This document shows positions 49,455-61,282 of a stretch of 64,000 nt of DNA, one piece after another. Position 1 is the stretch's first letter; each line of letters starts with the position of its first letter. The notes below the pieces were generated by a model. The model was given only the letters and a program-made list of their open reading frames with translations. It was not told the DNA's origin and did not search any database. The stretch is taken from contig OZ024740.1 in assembly GCA_964016885.1 (NCBI GenBank), forward strand, positions 395,560,001-395,624,000, written 5' to 3'. The DNA is from Eledone cirrhosa (Eukaryota). The translations under genes and the position numbers were made by a program.

Positions 49455-52400
49455 AGGGGTAGAGAGGGCCCTTGAGTCTAGTAAGACATCCTCTCTAGTG
49501 ATGGTGGCACAAATAAAAGCACCCAGTCCATGCTGTACAGTGGCACTGGTGTTAAGAAGGGCATCCAACCAGTGTATCAATGCCAAAACGATTTATCAGT
49601 ACAGCAATAAGTAAGATAGGAACAACAAAATATGAAGACCTCGCAACACTTAATGTTGGTACTCTCAGAGGTAGATCTGCTGAAATAGCGGAGATGCTGG
49701 AGAGAAGGCATGTGGATGTGTGCTGCGTGCAAGAGATGAGATGGAGAGGTGAGATGGAGAGGTGCCTCTGCGAGACTAGTCGTAGGCAAACGTCTTAGCT
49801 ATAAGCTATTCTGGGTAGGTAAAGATGATGGGTTGGGGGGAGTAGGCATTTTCCTGGCTGAGAGATGGATCAATAAGACAATAGAGGTAGTTCGAGTTAG
49901 TGATCGAATAATTAAGCTTAGATTAGTTGTAGGCAGGAGACTACTGACAATCATCTCTGCCTATGCTCCACAAGCAGGCCTAGGATAAGAAGAGAAAGAC
50001 TGCTTTTACGAGCAACTTTTACAAACAACCGCAATGACAGAGGACGGAGACATCGTTATGCTAGCAGGGGACTTAAATGGTCATGTTGGACAGCTCCAGG
50101 ATGGTTACACTGGAGTACATGGTGGACACGGTTACGGCTCAAGAAATGAAGAAGGAGTGAGACTTCTTGAATTTTGTGATGCAAGTACACTGACTATTTG
50201 CAACACTAACTTCCAGAAACCTGCCAACCACCTAATAACCTACAAATCTGGCGAGCACATAAGCCAGATTCACTTCTTACTAGTTAGGCAGAGGGAAAGG
50301 CAGATAGTGTCTAATACCAAGGCATACCCTGGGGAAGAATGTACCCCACAGCATAGGTTAGTCGTTAGTGATATCTCAGTAAGCAAGAGATGGAATGAGA
50401 CATACAGGAAGGTGTGGAGAAGAAAGGTCTGGAAGTTAAAAGACTTTTCACTAAAATACAAATTTAGGAAAGCCCTTCAAGATGTGTATGACGAAAAAGA
50501 AGACGATTTAGAGACGTATGACATAGATAATAACTGGAATTTCTTACGTGACAACTTACTGCAGGCTACTGATGAAACTTGTGGCTGGAGCAGAGCTCCA
50601 ACCAGAGAGAGAGTGACCTGGTGGTGGAACAGCACAGTAGATAAGGCCATTAGAGATAAAAGACTAGCATGGAAGGCTTGGAAAAAGGGTGGGAGTAGGG
50701 AAGAATATACAGCCGCAAAAAGAGAAGCTAGACGTCAAGTGTACTTAGCACGCAGGGAGGCTGAGAGTAGAAGGTTTGCCAATGTTCTGCGATGGGAAGA
50801 TCAGAGGCGTGCGGTGTTCCACATTGCAAGGCAGTGTGTCAATGCAAATCAGGATGTTGTTGGAGATAAATGTGTCCGGAATGATGTCGGTGTACTTAGT
50901 GTCACGAATGATCAGATAAAAAAAGAGGAGGCCTGGAAATGGGAGAGAATGGGAGAGAGAGAAATTACCCTCAGTAGATCTGACAGAGGGACCAGCTATT
51001 GAGATTGACGAATATAGGGTCCAATAGGCGATTAAGGAAATGAAAAATGGTAAGGCTGCTGGACCGTCGGGGATAGTTGCTGAGATACTGAAGGCATCAG
51101 GGGATGTAGGCACTAAACTGATTGCATGCATCATCAATCAGGCTATATATAGTGGTGTCATACCCAAAGACTGGTGCAGCAGTATTCTCATAAATTGCTA
51201 CAAAGGTAAAGGGGATGCTCTGGAGAGGAGCAATTATAGGGGTATAAAACTGATGGATCAGGTTATGAAAGTGGCAGAAAGGATATTAGCACAACTAATT
51301 GGAGAAAGGGTCAAACTAGATGAGATGCAGTTTGGTTTTGTGCCTGGGAAGAGTACAACAGATGCCCTCTTCTTGGTGAGACAATTACAAGAGAGGTTCT
51401 TAGAGAAAAATAAGCCACTATACTTAGCCTTTGTTGACCTAGAGAGGGCCTTTGATAGGGTACCCCGATCTGTTATCTGGTGGTCCCTAAGGAAACTAGG
51501 TGTTGAGGAATGGCTTGTGAGGACAGTGCAAACTTTGTACAGAGGTACTGTCAGTAAAGTCAGAGTAGGAATGGAGTTTAGTGAGGAATTCCAGGTACAA
51601 GTAGGAGTACATCAAGGTTCGGTTCTCAGCCCGCTTTTGTTCATTATAGTCCTCCAAGCTATAAGAGAGGAGTTTAAGACTGGCTGCCCATGGGGACTTC
51701 TCTATGCTGATGACCTGGTTCTTATAGCAGAATCAGTAGAGGAGCTAGAGAATAAATTCTGGCTATGGAAACAGCAGTTGGAAGCAAGAGGACTGAGAGT
51801 GAACCTAGCTAAGACAAAAGTGTTGATGAGTAGAAAAGGGGACAAAACTCTGATTTCGTCAGAGAAATGGCCATGTTCGATATGCAGAAGAGGAACTGGT
51901 ATAAATTCTATAAAATGCACACAATGCAGATCCTGGGTACACATGAGATGTAGCAGGATAGCAGGTAAACTAACAGGTAGGGAGAAATACGTATGCAGTA
52001 GATGTACAGGGAAATTAGACAGTAGAAGTCGCATTGATAGACACATTTTTCAAAAGCAGGCGGGTGCTATAGAAATGGTGGATAGCTTCCAGTACCTAGG
52101 AGATCAGATTAGCATGGGAGGTGGGTGTTCCGAGGCCATAGTATCTAGAATAAGGATGGGTTGGAAGAAGTTTAGGGAGCTGCTTCCTCTGCTGACGAAG
52201 AAGGGTTTCTCCCTGCGTACGAAAGGCCGGTTATATGATGACTATGTGAGGAGCGCGATGCTGCATGGTAGTGAGACATGGGCAACAACTGCAGAGGATA
52301 TGCGACGGTTGGAGAGAAATGAGGCAAGCATGATCCGTTGGATGTGCAATGTCAATGTGCGTGAACGACCCAGCATAAATGTGTTGAGAGAGAAACTGTG

Positions 52401-52698
52401 CCTGAGAAGGATAGAATGTAGTGTGCGAGAGAGGAGACTGAGGTGGTATGGACATGTGATGCGCATGGAGGATGATCGATGGGTAAAGAAGTGCCAGGAA
52501 ATGCCAGTTGAAAGAAGACGTGGTAGAGGTAGAACACAAAAAACATGGGCGGAGGTGGTGAGAACAGACCTCAAATCGCTGAAGCTCACGGTGGAGATGA
52601 CGAAGGACCTTGACAAGTGGAGAGATGCTGTGCTGAATAAGACCCATCCCACCCTTGCAAGCAGGGAAAAGCAGACGTAAAATGATGATGATGATGAT
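49455..52698 (+). mobile_element. Near full-length RTE LINE, subfamily C, disrupted
   Basis: ATLNVGTLRGR start; ORF pieces 49580-49798, 49749-49988, 50034-51002 and 51040-52680 (546-aa RT); 13-bp tandem duplication at 49738-49763 shifts the frame; the ORF ends inside the terminal stem-loop before (GAT)n. Confidence 0.95.
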
Positions 52699-52757
52699 AT
52701 ATAATATATAATATATATATATATTATATATATATATATATACACACACACACATAT

Positions 52758-52830
52758 ATCATCATCATCACGATTTTACGTCCATTCTTCCAAGCTAGCA
52801 TGGGTTAGACGAGTTATCCTGTTGTGAGCA
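52758..52830 (-). mobile_element. RTE-B-like 3' terminus leading into the minisatellite
   Basis: (CAT)n acgattttacgtcc..gctagcatgggttagacg. Confidence 0.85.
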
Positions 52831-54708
52831 ATGCCAAGTCAGGTGACCATGTTTTGCTCATACAGAACTTTACAATGTCAAGTCAGGTGACCATGTCGTG
52901 TTCATACAGAACTTTACCATGCCAGATCAGGTGACCATGTTTTGTTCATACAGAACTCTACCATGCCAGGTCAGGTGACCATGTTGTGTTCATACAGAAC
53001 TTTACAATGCTGGGTCAGGTGACCATGTTGTGTTCATACAGAACTTTACAGTGCTGGATCAGGTGAACATGTCGTGTTCATAAGAACTTTACAGTGTTGG
53101 ATCAGGTGACCATGTTGTGTTCATACAGAACTTTACAGTGCTGGATCAGGTGAACATGTCGTGTTCATAAGAACTTTACAGTGTTGGATCAGGTGACCAT
53201 GTTGTGTTCATACAGAACTTTACCATGCCAGGTCAGGTGACCATGTCGTGTTCATACAGAACTTTACAATGCCAGGTCAGGTGACCATGTCGTGTTCATA
53301 CAGAACTTTACAATGCCAGGTCAGGTGACCATGTTGTGTTCATACAGAACTTTACAATGCTGGATCAGTTGATCATGTCGTGTTCATACAGAACTTTACA
53401 GTGCTGGATCAGGTGACCATGTTGTGTTCATACAGAACTTTACCATGCTGGATCAGTTGATCATGTCGTGTTCATACAGAACTTTACCGTGCTGGATCAG
53501 TTGATCATGTCGTGTTCATACAGAACTTTACAGTGCTGGATCAGGTGACCATGTCGTGTTCATACAGAACTTTACAGTGCTGGATCAGGTGACCATGTTG
53601 TGTTCATACAGAACTTTACCATGCTGGATCAGTTGATCATGTCGTGTTCATACAGAACTTTACCGTGCTGGATCAGTTGATCATGTCGTGTTCATACAGA
53701 ACTTTACAGTGCTGGATCAGGTGACCATGTCGTGTTCATACAGAACTTTACAATGCCAGGTCAGGTGATCATGTTGTGTTCATACAGAACTTTACAGTGC
53801 TGGATCAGTTGATCATGTCGTGTTCATACAGAACTTTACAGTGCTGGATCAGGTGACCATGTCGTGTTCATACAGAACTTTACAGTGCTGGATCAGTTGA
53901 TCATGTCGTGTTCATACAGAACTTTACAGTGCTGGATCAGTTGATCATGTCGTGTTCATACAGAACTTTACCATGCTGGATCAGTTGATCATGTCGTGTT
54001 CATACAGAACTTTACCGTGCTGGATCAGGTGACCATGTCGTGTTCATACAGAACTTTACCGTGCTGGATCAGGTGACCATGTCGTGTTCATACAGAACTT
54101 TACAATGCCAGGTCAGGTGATCATGTTGTGTTCATACAGAACTTTACAGTGCTGGATCAGTTGATCATGTCGTGTTCATACAGAACTTTACAGTGCTGGA
54201 TCAGGTGACCATGTCGTGTTCATACAGAACTTTACAGTGCTGGATCAGTTGATCATGTCGTGTTCATACAGAACTTTACCATGCTGGATCAGTTGATCAT
54301 GTCGTGTTCATACAGAACTTTACCGTGCTGGATCAGGTGACCATGTCGTGTTCATACAGAACTTTACAATGCTGGATCAGTTGATCATGTTGTGTTCATA
54401 CAGAACTTTACAGTGCTGGATCAGGTGACCATGTCGTGTTCATACAGAACTTTACAGTGCTGGATCAGGTGACCATGTCGTGTTCATACAGAACTTTACA
54501 GTGCTGGATCAGTTGATCATGTCGTGTTCATACAGAACTTTACAGTGCTGGATCAGTTGATCATGTCGTGTTCATACAGAACTTTACAATGCTGGATCAG
54601 GTGACCATGTCGTGTTCATACAGAACTTTACAGTGCTGGATCAGTTGATCATGTCGTGTTCATACAAAACTTTACAATGCTGGATCAGTTGATCATGTCT
54701 TGCTCATA
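52828..54708. repeat. 44-bp minisatellite, about 42-43 copies
   Basis: Unit cagtgctggatcaggtgaccatgtcgtgttcatacagaacttta; period read from tacagaac at 52861 and 52905. Confidence 0.97.
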
Positions 54709-55494
54709 TTTTGTATAATCAATGGTAAGTAATGTAAAATTTCTTTACAATATTGCTTGAAGCAAATATTGAAGTGAAGTTAAATTTTATGTCAAGACTA
54801 AAGAATGCATTAAAGGACGAAAAGGTATTAGATGGATGATAAGCTGTGATTTCATCATCTCCATAAATGAGGTAATCTCTACATGGTCACTTAACCTACT
54901 AGAGATAGCCTCCATATCACCCTCATATCATATTGTCATGATTGGAATACCTTTTATCATAGGTCTACTTGATTAGAATTTACCTGGGATTAAATAAGAA
55001 TGACAACCAATGTGAATGGTAATGCATTGATCACGATAATGATTATAAAGTTGAAAATGATGCCAACAGTGTCAGCAACAGTGGTGGTCATGATGCCAAC
55101 AGTGGTGGTCATGAGTATAGTGATGATGATAACAATGATAATGACAATGTAATGATGGTGGTGGTGGTGGTGAATATAATGATGATAATTATGATGAATA
55201 TTATGAATATAACAATGATGAGGAGAAAGTGAAGGAGGATTTTTTTTTTCTTAATTTTCCACTTGATTCATTCTGTGAAAACAATACTCCTGTCAGAAAA
55301 TATTAAAACACAAGTTAATTGCAATCTTTCTGCCAATTTTCTTTTATATATAAGTATATCTGTAGCCATTCTAAATGTATTTCTGAAAATATAACATAAT
55401 ATAATAAATAATGCTTAAAATTACAATATGAAAATATAATGTAACAATAATCATAAAAATTATTATTGATTTCTTTTACAAATATGTATCAAGA

Positions 55495-55920
55495 TGTGTA
55501 TATCTATGTAGGTATATATGTATGTAAATGTGTGTGTGTGTATATAAATATGAATGTATGTATATGTATGAAAATGTGTGTGTGTATATAAATATGAATG
55601 TATGTATGTGTATATGTATGTAAATGTGTGTGTATATAAATATGAATGTATGTATATGTATGTAAATGTGTGTGTGTATAAATATGAATGTATGTATATG
55701 TAGGTAAATGTGTGTATACAAATATGAATGTATGTATATGTAGGTATATATTTATGTAAATGTGTGTGTTTATAAATATGAATGTATGTATATGTAGGTA
55801 TATATGAATGTAAATGTGTGTGTATATAAATATGAATGTATGTATATGCATGTACATGTGTGTGTACATGTATGTTGGTGTGTATATATGTATGTACATG
55901 TGAGTGTATATGTGTGTGTG
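55495..55920. repeat. Degenerate microsatellite-derived tandem repeat (about 40-50-bp unit)
   Basis: Recurring gtaaatgtgtgtg..tataaatatgaatgtatgtatat. Confidence 0.85.
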
Positions 55921-56070
55921 CTTAAACATTTGGCATTTGGTTGTATACAATATGTTGTATGGCAAATAACATTAATAACAGAATAGGTATCTCACCAATA
56001 TTCCATTAATGAGAAGGTGATGAGGAGGTGGTAAGATAAGTAAAGCACCAGACTAAATGTCTTACATTAA

Positions 56071-56172
56071 CGAGGTTAACTTTGCCTTTCATCCTTATGG
56101 GGTCGATAAAAATAAAGCACCAGTAATGCACTGGGGTAATTGCTGGCCTTGTGCCAAAAGTAGAAACAATAA
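56071..56172 (+). mobile_element. 5'-truncated SINE
   Basis: Family core and tail. Confidence 0.85.
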
Positions 56173-56498
56173 TTTTGTATTTTATTTCATTCTTTTTTAA
56201 CTGGTTTCAGTTACTGGACTGTGGCCATTCTGTAGCACAGCTGTCTAAGAGGTTTTAGAATTTATATTGTATCAAAGGGTTTTTTGATTATATTGTATCA
56301 AACCCACTGCAATACTTTGTTTAGTACTTATTCATTTATTGTTTTCTTTGGCTAAAACTACTACAGCCATCACTGACAAATGAGTATGACTTGGTAGTAT
56401 TTACCATGCTTTTGCTAAGGGTTTGGGGTGCCCATGCAATCACAAGCAGATACAGCTACCCTCTCAACTATCCATCCTTTAATCCAGCAAAACATTAA

Positions 56499-56720
56499 CC
56501 CTCTAGCATTTAAACCGGCAATATCCGGCCAGAATTCTCTCACCTTTTTCTGTTCAAACTGACCCCAACTGGCCCCATCATACCGACTTTAAGGTATTGT
56601 TCTCAAAATAAATAATATCAAAATCTCATAGATTCAATATTATGTGAGATATTATGTAAGATAAGGCCTTTTACTGCAAAAATACAATAGTTTATAAAGA
56701 GTAATGTAAATGGTAAAGGG
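56499..56720 (+). mobile_element. piggyBac-type MITE
   Basis: TTAA|CCCTCTAGCATTTA...TAAATGGTAAAGGG|TTAA. Confidence 0.85.
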
Positions 56721-56896
56721 TTAAGGATGTCACAGAGAGAAGGAGCAAGGCCTACATCAACACTAGGCTAGTACTTTCTTTATTAACCCCAAATGGATGA
56801 CAGGCAAACTGGACCTTAGTGAGATTTGAATTCAGAATGCAGAGACCTGGAAAAAATATTCAATGCTCTAATGAACTGCCATTATGTTCTCCTTGA

Positions 56897-57083
56897 GCGG
56901 TGAATTGGCAGTATCAGTAGAGGGTTGGACGCCATGCTTTCTAGCATAGTTACGTCCCTTTACGGTTTGAGTTCAAATCCCGCCGAGGTTAACTTTGCCT
57001 TTCATCCTTACGGGGTCGATAAAATAAAGTACCAGTAATGTACTGGGTAATTGCTGGCCTTGTGCCTGAAGTAGAAACAATTA
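56897..57083 (+). mobile_element. Full-length SINE with TSD
   Basis: 18-bp attatgttctccttgagc at 56881-56898 and 57080-57097. Confidence 0.93.
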
Positions 57084-58339
57084 TGTTCTCCTTGAGCATT
57101 AAATGCATATTTACCAGTGGCATAAAGGGAGGTAATTAAGTTGAACATAAACACTGTATGGCATTTTTATCCAAATGTATTCATCTCACACTGATTTAAA
57201 CATATGCATACACACACATACAGATACACACTTGTCTGCATGATTAAGAAGTTTGCTTCATAACCACATTGCTTCAAGTTCGATTCTGCTACATAGTACT
57301 TTGGGTAAATGTCTTCTTTTATAGCCTCATTGGGTTTTTGCAACTAAGTAGATACCCAGTGAAGATGCAATCCAATGATTAATGTGTTGTAGAATGTTGC
57401 TGAAGGAAGACTTACTTGTGAAACAGATGCTGTCTACAATATGTGCAATGTATTATATATTTACCATTCTATATATGCAAATCAATTCTAATAATTTTAG
57501 AGTCATACTCGTTTAATGTCTGTCTACTATTTCTAGCAGTCTGATCAACTATGTAGAGGTTCCTTCATTGGCTTGTGATATAATAGTTGAAATATGCAAT
57601 AGAATAACTTGGATAATTTTGAAATACAGTGGTAATTTGAGATAGAATGTCAGTTGTAAATGTAGGATATTCCTCTATATTAACACAGTAGCATTACATG
57701 TCTTCTTTCACTGAGTTTGTGTTGTTTGTGTTGTTTTTGTTGCTGTTTTAGTTTTTGTGGGCTTTTAAGAAGAGTAAATATGCAATACACTAGTTTCAGA
57801 GATCTGTTTTGGAAAGTATGTTTTTCATATATGTAATTCTTCAAATCAAAGAAATAATAGAAAAAAGAGATGTTATATTCACATTTGACATTTTAGCTGG
57901 CATTTGCATAATACTTCAAAATCATCATCTCAACATCTTTCCATGGTGAGGAGAATGGTAATTGGCTATGTTGGGCATTACTTTGTTTCATTAACTTTCT
58001 TGTGTTCTATTTCAACTTTGTATGTGATCTGGCGTTGTGTGTTAAAACTGAAACAATTACAACAATAATACAACAAAAAGCAGACTCCATGACAGTTTTC
58101 ATGCTCATCATAGAAACCATTTTGAGGCAGTATTTCACAGCCAGGTGCCTTTCCTTATGCTAACCCCTTCAGTCACCTCTTACAATATACAGGGATACTG
58201 TGCACCTATTCTACATTGGAAACACAGTATCGAAACAATTACAATTATATCATGGAAAAATTATGATAATTATTTAAAACCCATTTACTGTTATGTTTAC
58301 CATTATTTTATTTCCTGTTAGTATTGTGTACTATAGAAT

Positions 58340-58730
58340 GTCAACCCTGAGCACCTTTTTGAATTCCATGTCTAACACCCGTGAACATACTTACAAAATC
58401 AGAAAACAGCACAGCTCCCATGACTTTCAGAAACATTTTTTCACACTCAGAGTTGCTGAAGCATGGAACAAACTACCTGCATCGCTTGTTAGCTGTCAGG
58501 ATACTGCATCCTTCAAAATGTGCATGCTTCCCGAAATTCACCAACACTACACCTGATATTGCCCCCCATACACACACATGCATGTGTGTGTGCCTGTGTC
58601 TATATCATGCCTCATACACTGTTCACTTTCCTAACATTTATACATTATTCTATGTACTATACATGCACCTTTGATAAGTTATAGTGCACCTGAGCACTGT
58701 ACACAATCATTTTTATTATTATATTATTAT
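58340..58730 (+). mobile_element. CR1/L2-group LINE 3' end
   Basis: TREHTYKIRK......KHFFTLRVAEAWNKLPASLV.....SFK C-terminal motif; (ATT)n tail. Confidence 0.8.
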
Positions 58731-58942
58731 TGTATTATATTTGATGTGCATTTATGACTTGGTCGCTAACACTATTTTACTGAATGGTAAACTTTATAGT
58801 ATCACAAATTAAACCAAATGTGAATATAAAAGCATATGTAATACTAATTATATGACTTCTTAATCTCAAAAAAGCCTTACTATCTTACAATTCAATGGAA
58901 TGGAAGTAAACTAGTCCACATCATAAACTCTAGGGCCTATGA

Positions 58943-59531
58943 TAGGGGTCTCAAACTCAAGGACTCAAAGGAGCCATTTCATTTTGAGAGAGTTAAAAGT
59001 GAGATGGTGTGGGCGATAATTTCCACCAGTGATAATGATAATCTGCAATACTGCTGATAGGCTGTTATTTATTCATTTTTCATCAAAATAAATACACATA
59101 TGATAGTAAGTGACATAAGGGAATTAATTGAAAATGTAGGGAGACAAATTTACAGTTTCAAATCTTCCTTAATTCCATTATTTTTTATAAAGGGCGGTGG
59201 ATTGGCAGTATCGGTAGTGGGTCAGACACCATGCTTTGCAGCTAAGAGTTACGGCCCTTTATGGTCTGAGTTCAAATCCCGCCAAGGTTAACTTTGCCTT
59301 TCATCCTTATGGGATCGATAAACTGAAGTACCACTAATACACTGGGATAATTGCTGGCCTTGTGCCAAAAGTAGAATCAATTATTTTTTATAAATTCCCT
59401 TTTTTCCGTTTTGACATATTACATGGGTAAATTACCAGAGTATGGAAGGGTCGAGGGACAAATTACCAAGTTTTAGGAAAATATTAATCACGAAAATTGT
59501 TCTGCTGTGGGCCATGTGTTTGAGGCCCATA
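58943..59531. mobile_element. Old hAT (Charlie-like) MITE containing a SINE
   Basis: TAGGGGTCTCAAAC...GTTTGAGGCCCATA imperfect TIRs; the 8-bp flanks match at only 5 of 8 positions. Confidence 0.6.
59192..59384 (+). mobile_element. Full-length SINE with TSD
   Basis: Family match; attattttttataaa on both sides. Confidence 0.9.
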
Positions 59532-60192
59532 GTCAAGGACAAAGTTGTGAGATCACAGCACAGTTAATCACCATGTTCAGATGAGAAACAAAGATGAAAG
59601 ACATGCAATGTTGGTGTGCATAAAGGAAGATCTTACTTTTACAACATATAGTATATTCTATCACAAGTTTCACTGCACTTCTCAAATATCTGGCTTTGTC
59701 TATCACATATTTCAACTATGATACAACAATCCGATATGGGAACTACTACATGGTCTATCAATTTGCTAGATATAGTAGAAAAATCTTCTTCAAATCACAC
59801 CACATCATCTCTAAAAAAAATTAGAACATATCAGAGGAAGGATCACTGTGATAAATGTGTGGAAGCATAAGGTGCCTAATTCAAAGGGGATTAGTAATTG
59901 AACCTCATCAAGTATGTACTTTATTTTTCCCCAGCCTAAGGCTGGGTAATTTTTGCACAGACCTCAAATATATATGTGTGTGTGCATTATAAGGATTTTC
60001 TGTCTCAAAGTTACGCTTTTGCCATTTCAGTAGCAAATGAAAAACTTTTTCATTTGCTCTGAAAACAATAAAAGTTTAAATGTAGGGCAAAAAATACTTA
60101 ATATTTATACTCTACATTTCATAAGTATGGAGTATTAAATTTAATAATGGTTTTACTGGTCTTAATCAGTATCATTTTACTATTATATATAT

Positions 60193-60562
60193 ATCATCAT
60201 CAACGTCCGTGCTTCCATGCTAGCATGGGTTAGACGGGTTGTCCTGTTGTGGGTAGTGTCCAGTCGGCTGACCTTGTCTTGCTCATATGGGAACTGATTC
60301 TGGCTTGATTTCTACAGCTGGATGCCCTTCCTAACACCAACCTCATTTACAGTGAGTGCTGGGTGCTTTTTTTCCGTGGCACCTCCGCAGTGAAATGATA
60401 GGGACCCCAGTTCTATCATCTCATTTCTACAGCTGAGTAAACTGGAGCAATGTGAAATAAAGTGTCTTGCTCAAGGAAACAACGCATCACCTGATCCGAG
60501 AATTGAACTCACAACCTTTTGATTGCAAACCCAATGCTCTAACCACTAAACCATGCACCTTC
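60193..60562 (-). mobile_element. tRNA-headed SINE sharing about 200 nt of 3' end with RTE-B
   Basis: Head as at 7145; the 3' part aligns with the RTE-B 3' UTR through to the (GAT)n tail; flanked by (TA)n. Confidence 0.9.
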
Positions 60563-60584
60563 ATATATATACATATATATGTAT

Positions 60585-60897
60585 GTAAGAATATTTTCGA
60601 AACAGCGAGTGGGTTTGAAATTATTATAAATGTAAGCTATCGCCGTATTTTGACTAAAGAAATTATTTAACCTGATAGTGGGGTTAAGAACCCTTGGAGA
60701 AATGGCAAAAGATTAGTATTGACGTACATGGGAGTCGACTCCCATGTACGTCAATACTCATCTTTTTCCATTTCTCCGAGGGTTCTTAACCCCACTATCA
60801 GGTTAAATAATTTCTTTAATTTCTTTAGTCAAAATACGGCGATAGCTTACATTTATAATAATTTCAAACCCACTCGCTATTTCGAAAATATTCTTAC
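60585..60897. repeat. About 310-bp spacerless palindrome
   Basis: Centre GGGAGTC|GACTCCC at 60736/60737; the arms differ by a few substitutions and one 9-bp indel. Confidence 0.93.
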
Positions 60898-60952
60898 TTG
60901 ACATTACAGTCGCTAAGTTTATAGCTTCTAATTTGAATGGAAAAAGACGGGT

Positions 60953-61024
60953 GATGTGTTGGTGTAAATGGTAGCACAGTGGTCTGGATAACCAAAGTTG
61001 TGGGTTTGACTCCCATGTACGTCA
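60953..61024 (+). pseudogene. tRNA-like sequence within a 271-bp tandem unit
   Basis: Acceptor GATGTGT/GTACGTC, A box TGGTGTAAATGG, anticodon arm TGGT(CTGGATA)ACCA, T arm GTGGG(TTTGACT)CCCAT; deviates from a functional tRNA. Confidence 0.6.
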
Positions 61025-61123
61025 ATACTCATCTTTTTCCATTTCTCCGAGGGTTCTTAACTCCACTATCAGGCTAAATAATTTCTTTAATTTCTTTAGT
61101 CAAAATACGGTGATAGCTTACAT

Positions 61124-61175
<52 letters not shown>

Positions 61176-61282
61176 GAGAAGAAAGAAGAATACTGCGTGG
61201 TTGCACATAGGTTACATATGATAAAAATAGTCGTTCGTCAGTGATTTTCCAACCATCATTGGTATTTCATCGCATTATATAT

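Noticed and set aside
52828-54708. CRISPR-like regular array
   Set aside because: Head-to-tail units with no unique spacers, no cas genes, and a eukaryotic context.
60953-61024. Functional tRNA gene
   Set aside because: T-loop TTTGA instead of TTCGA, a pyrimidine at position 37, many G-U acceptor pairs and a mismatched anticodon stem.
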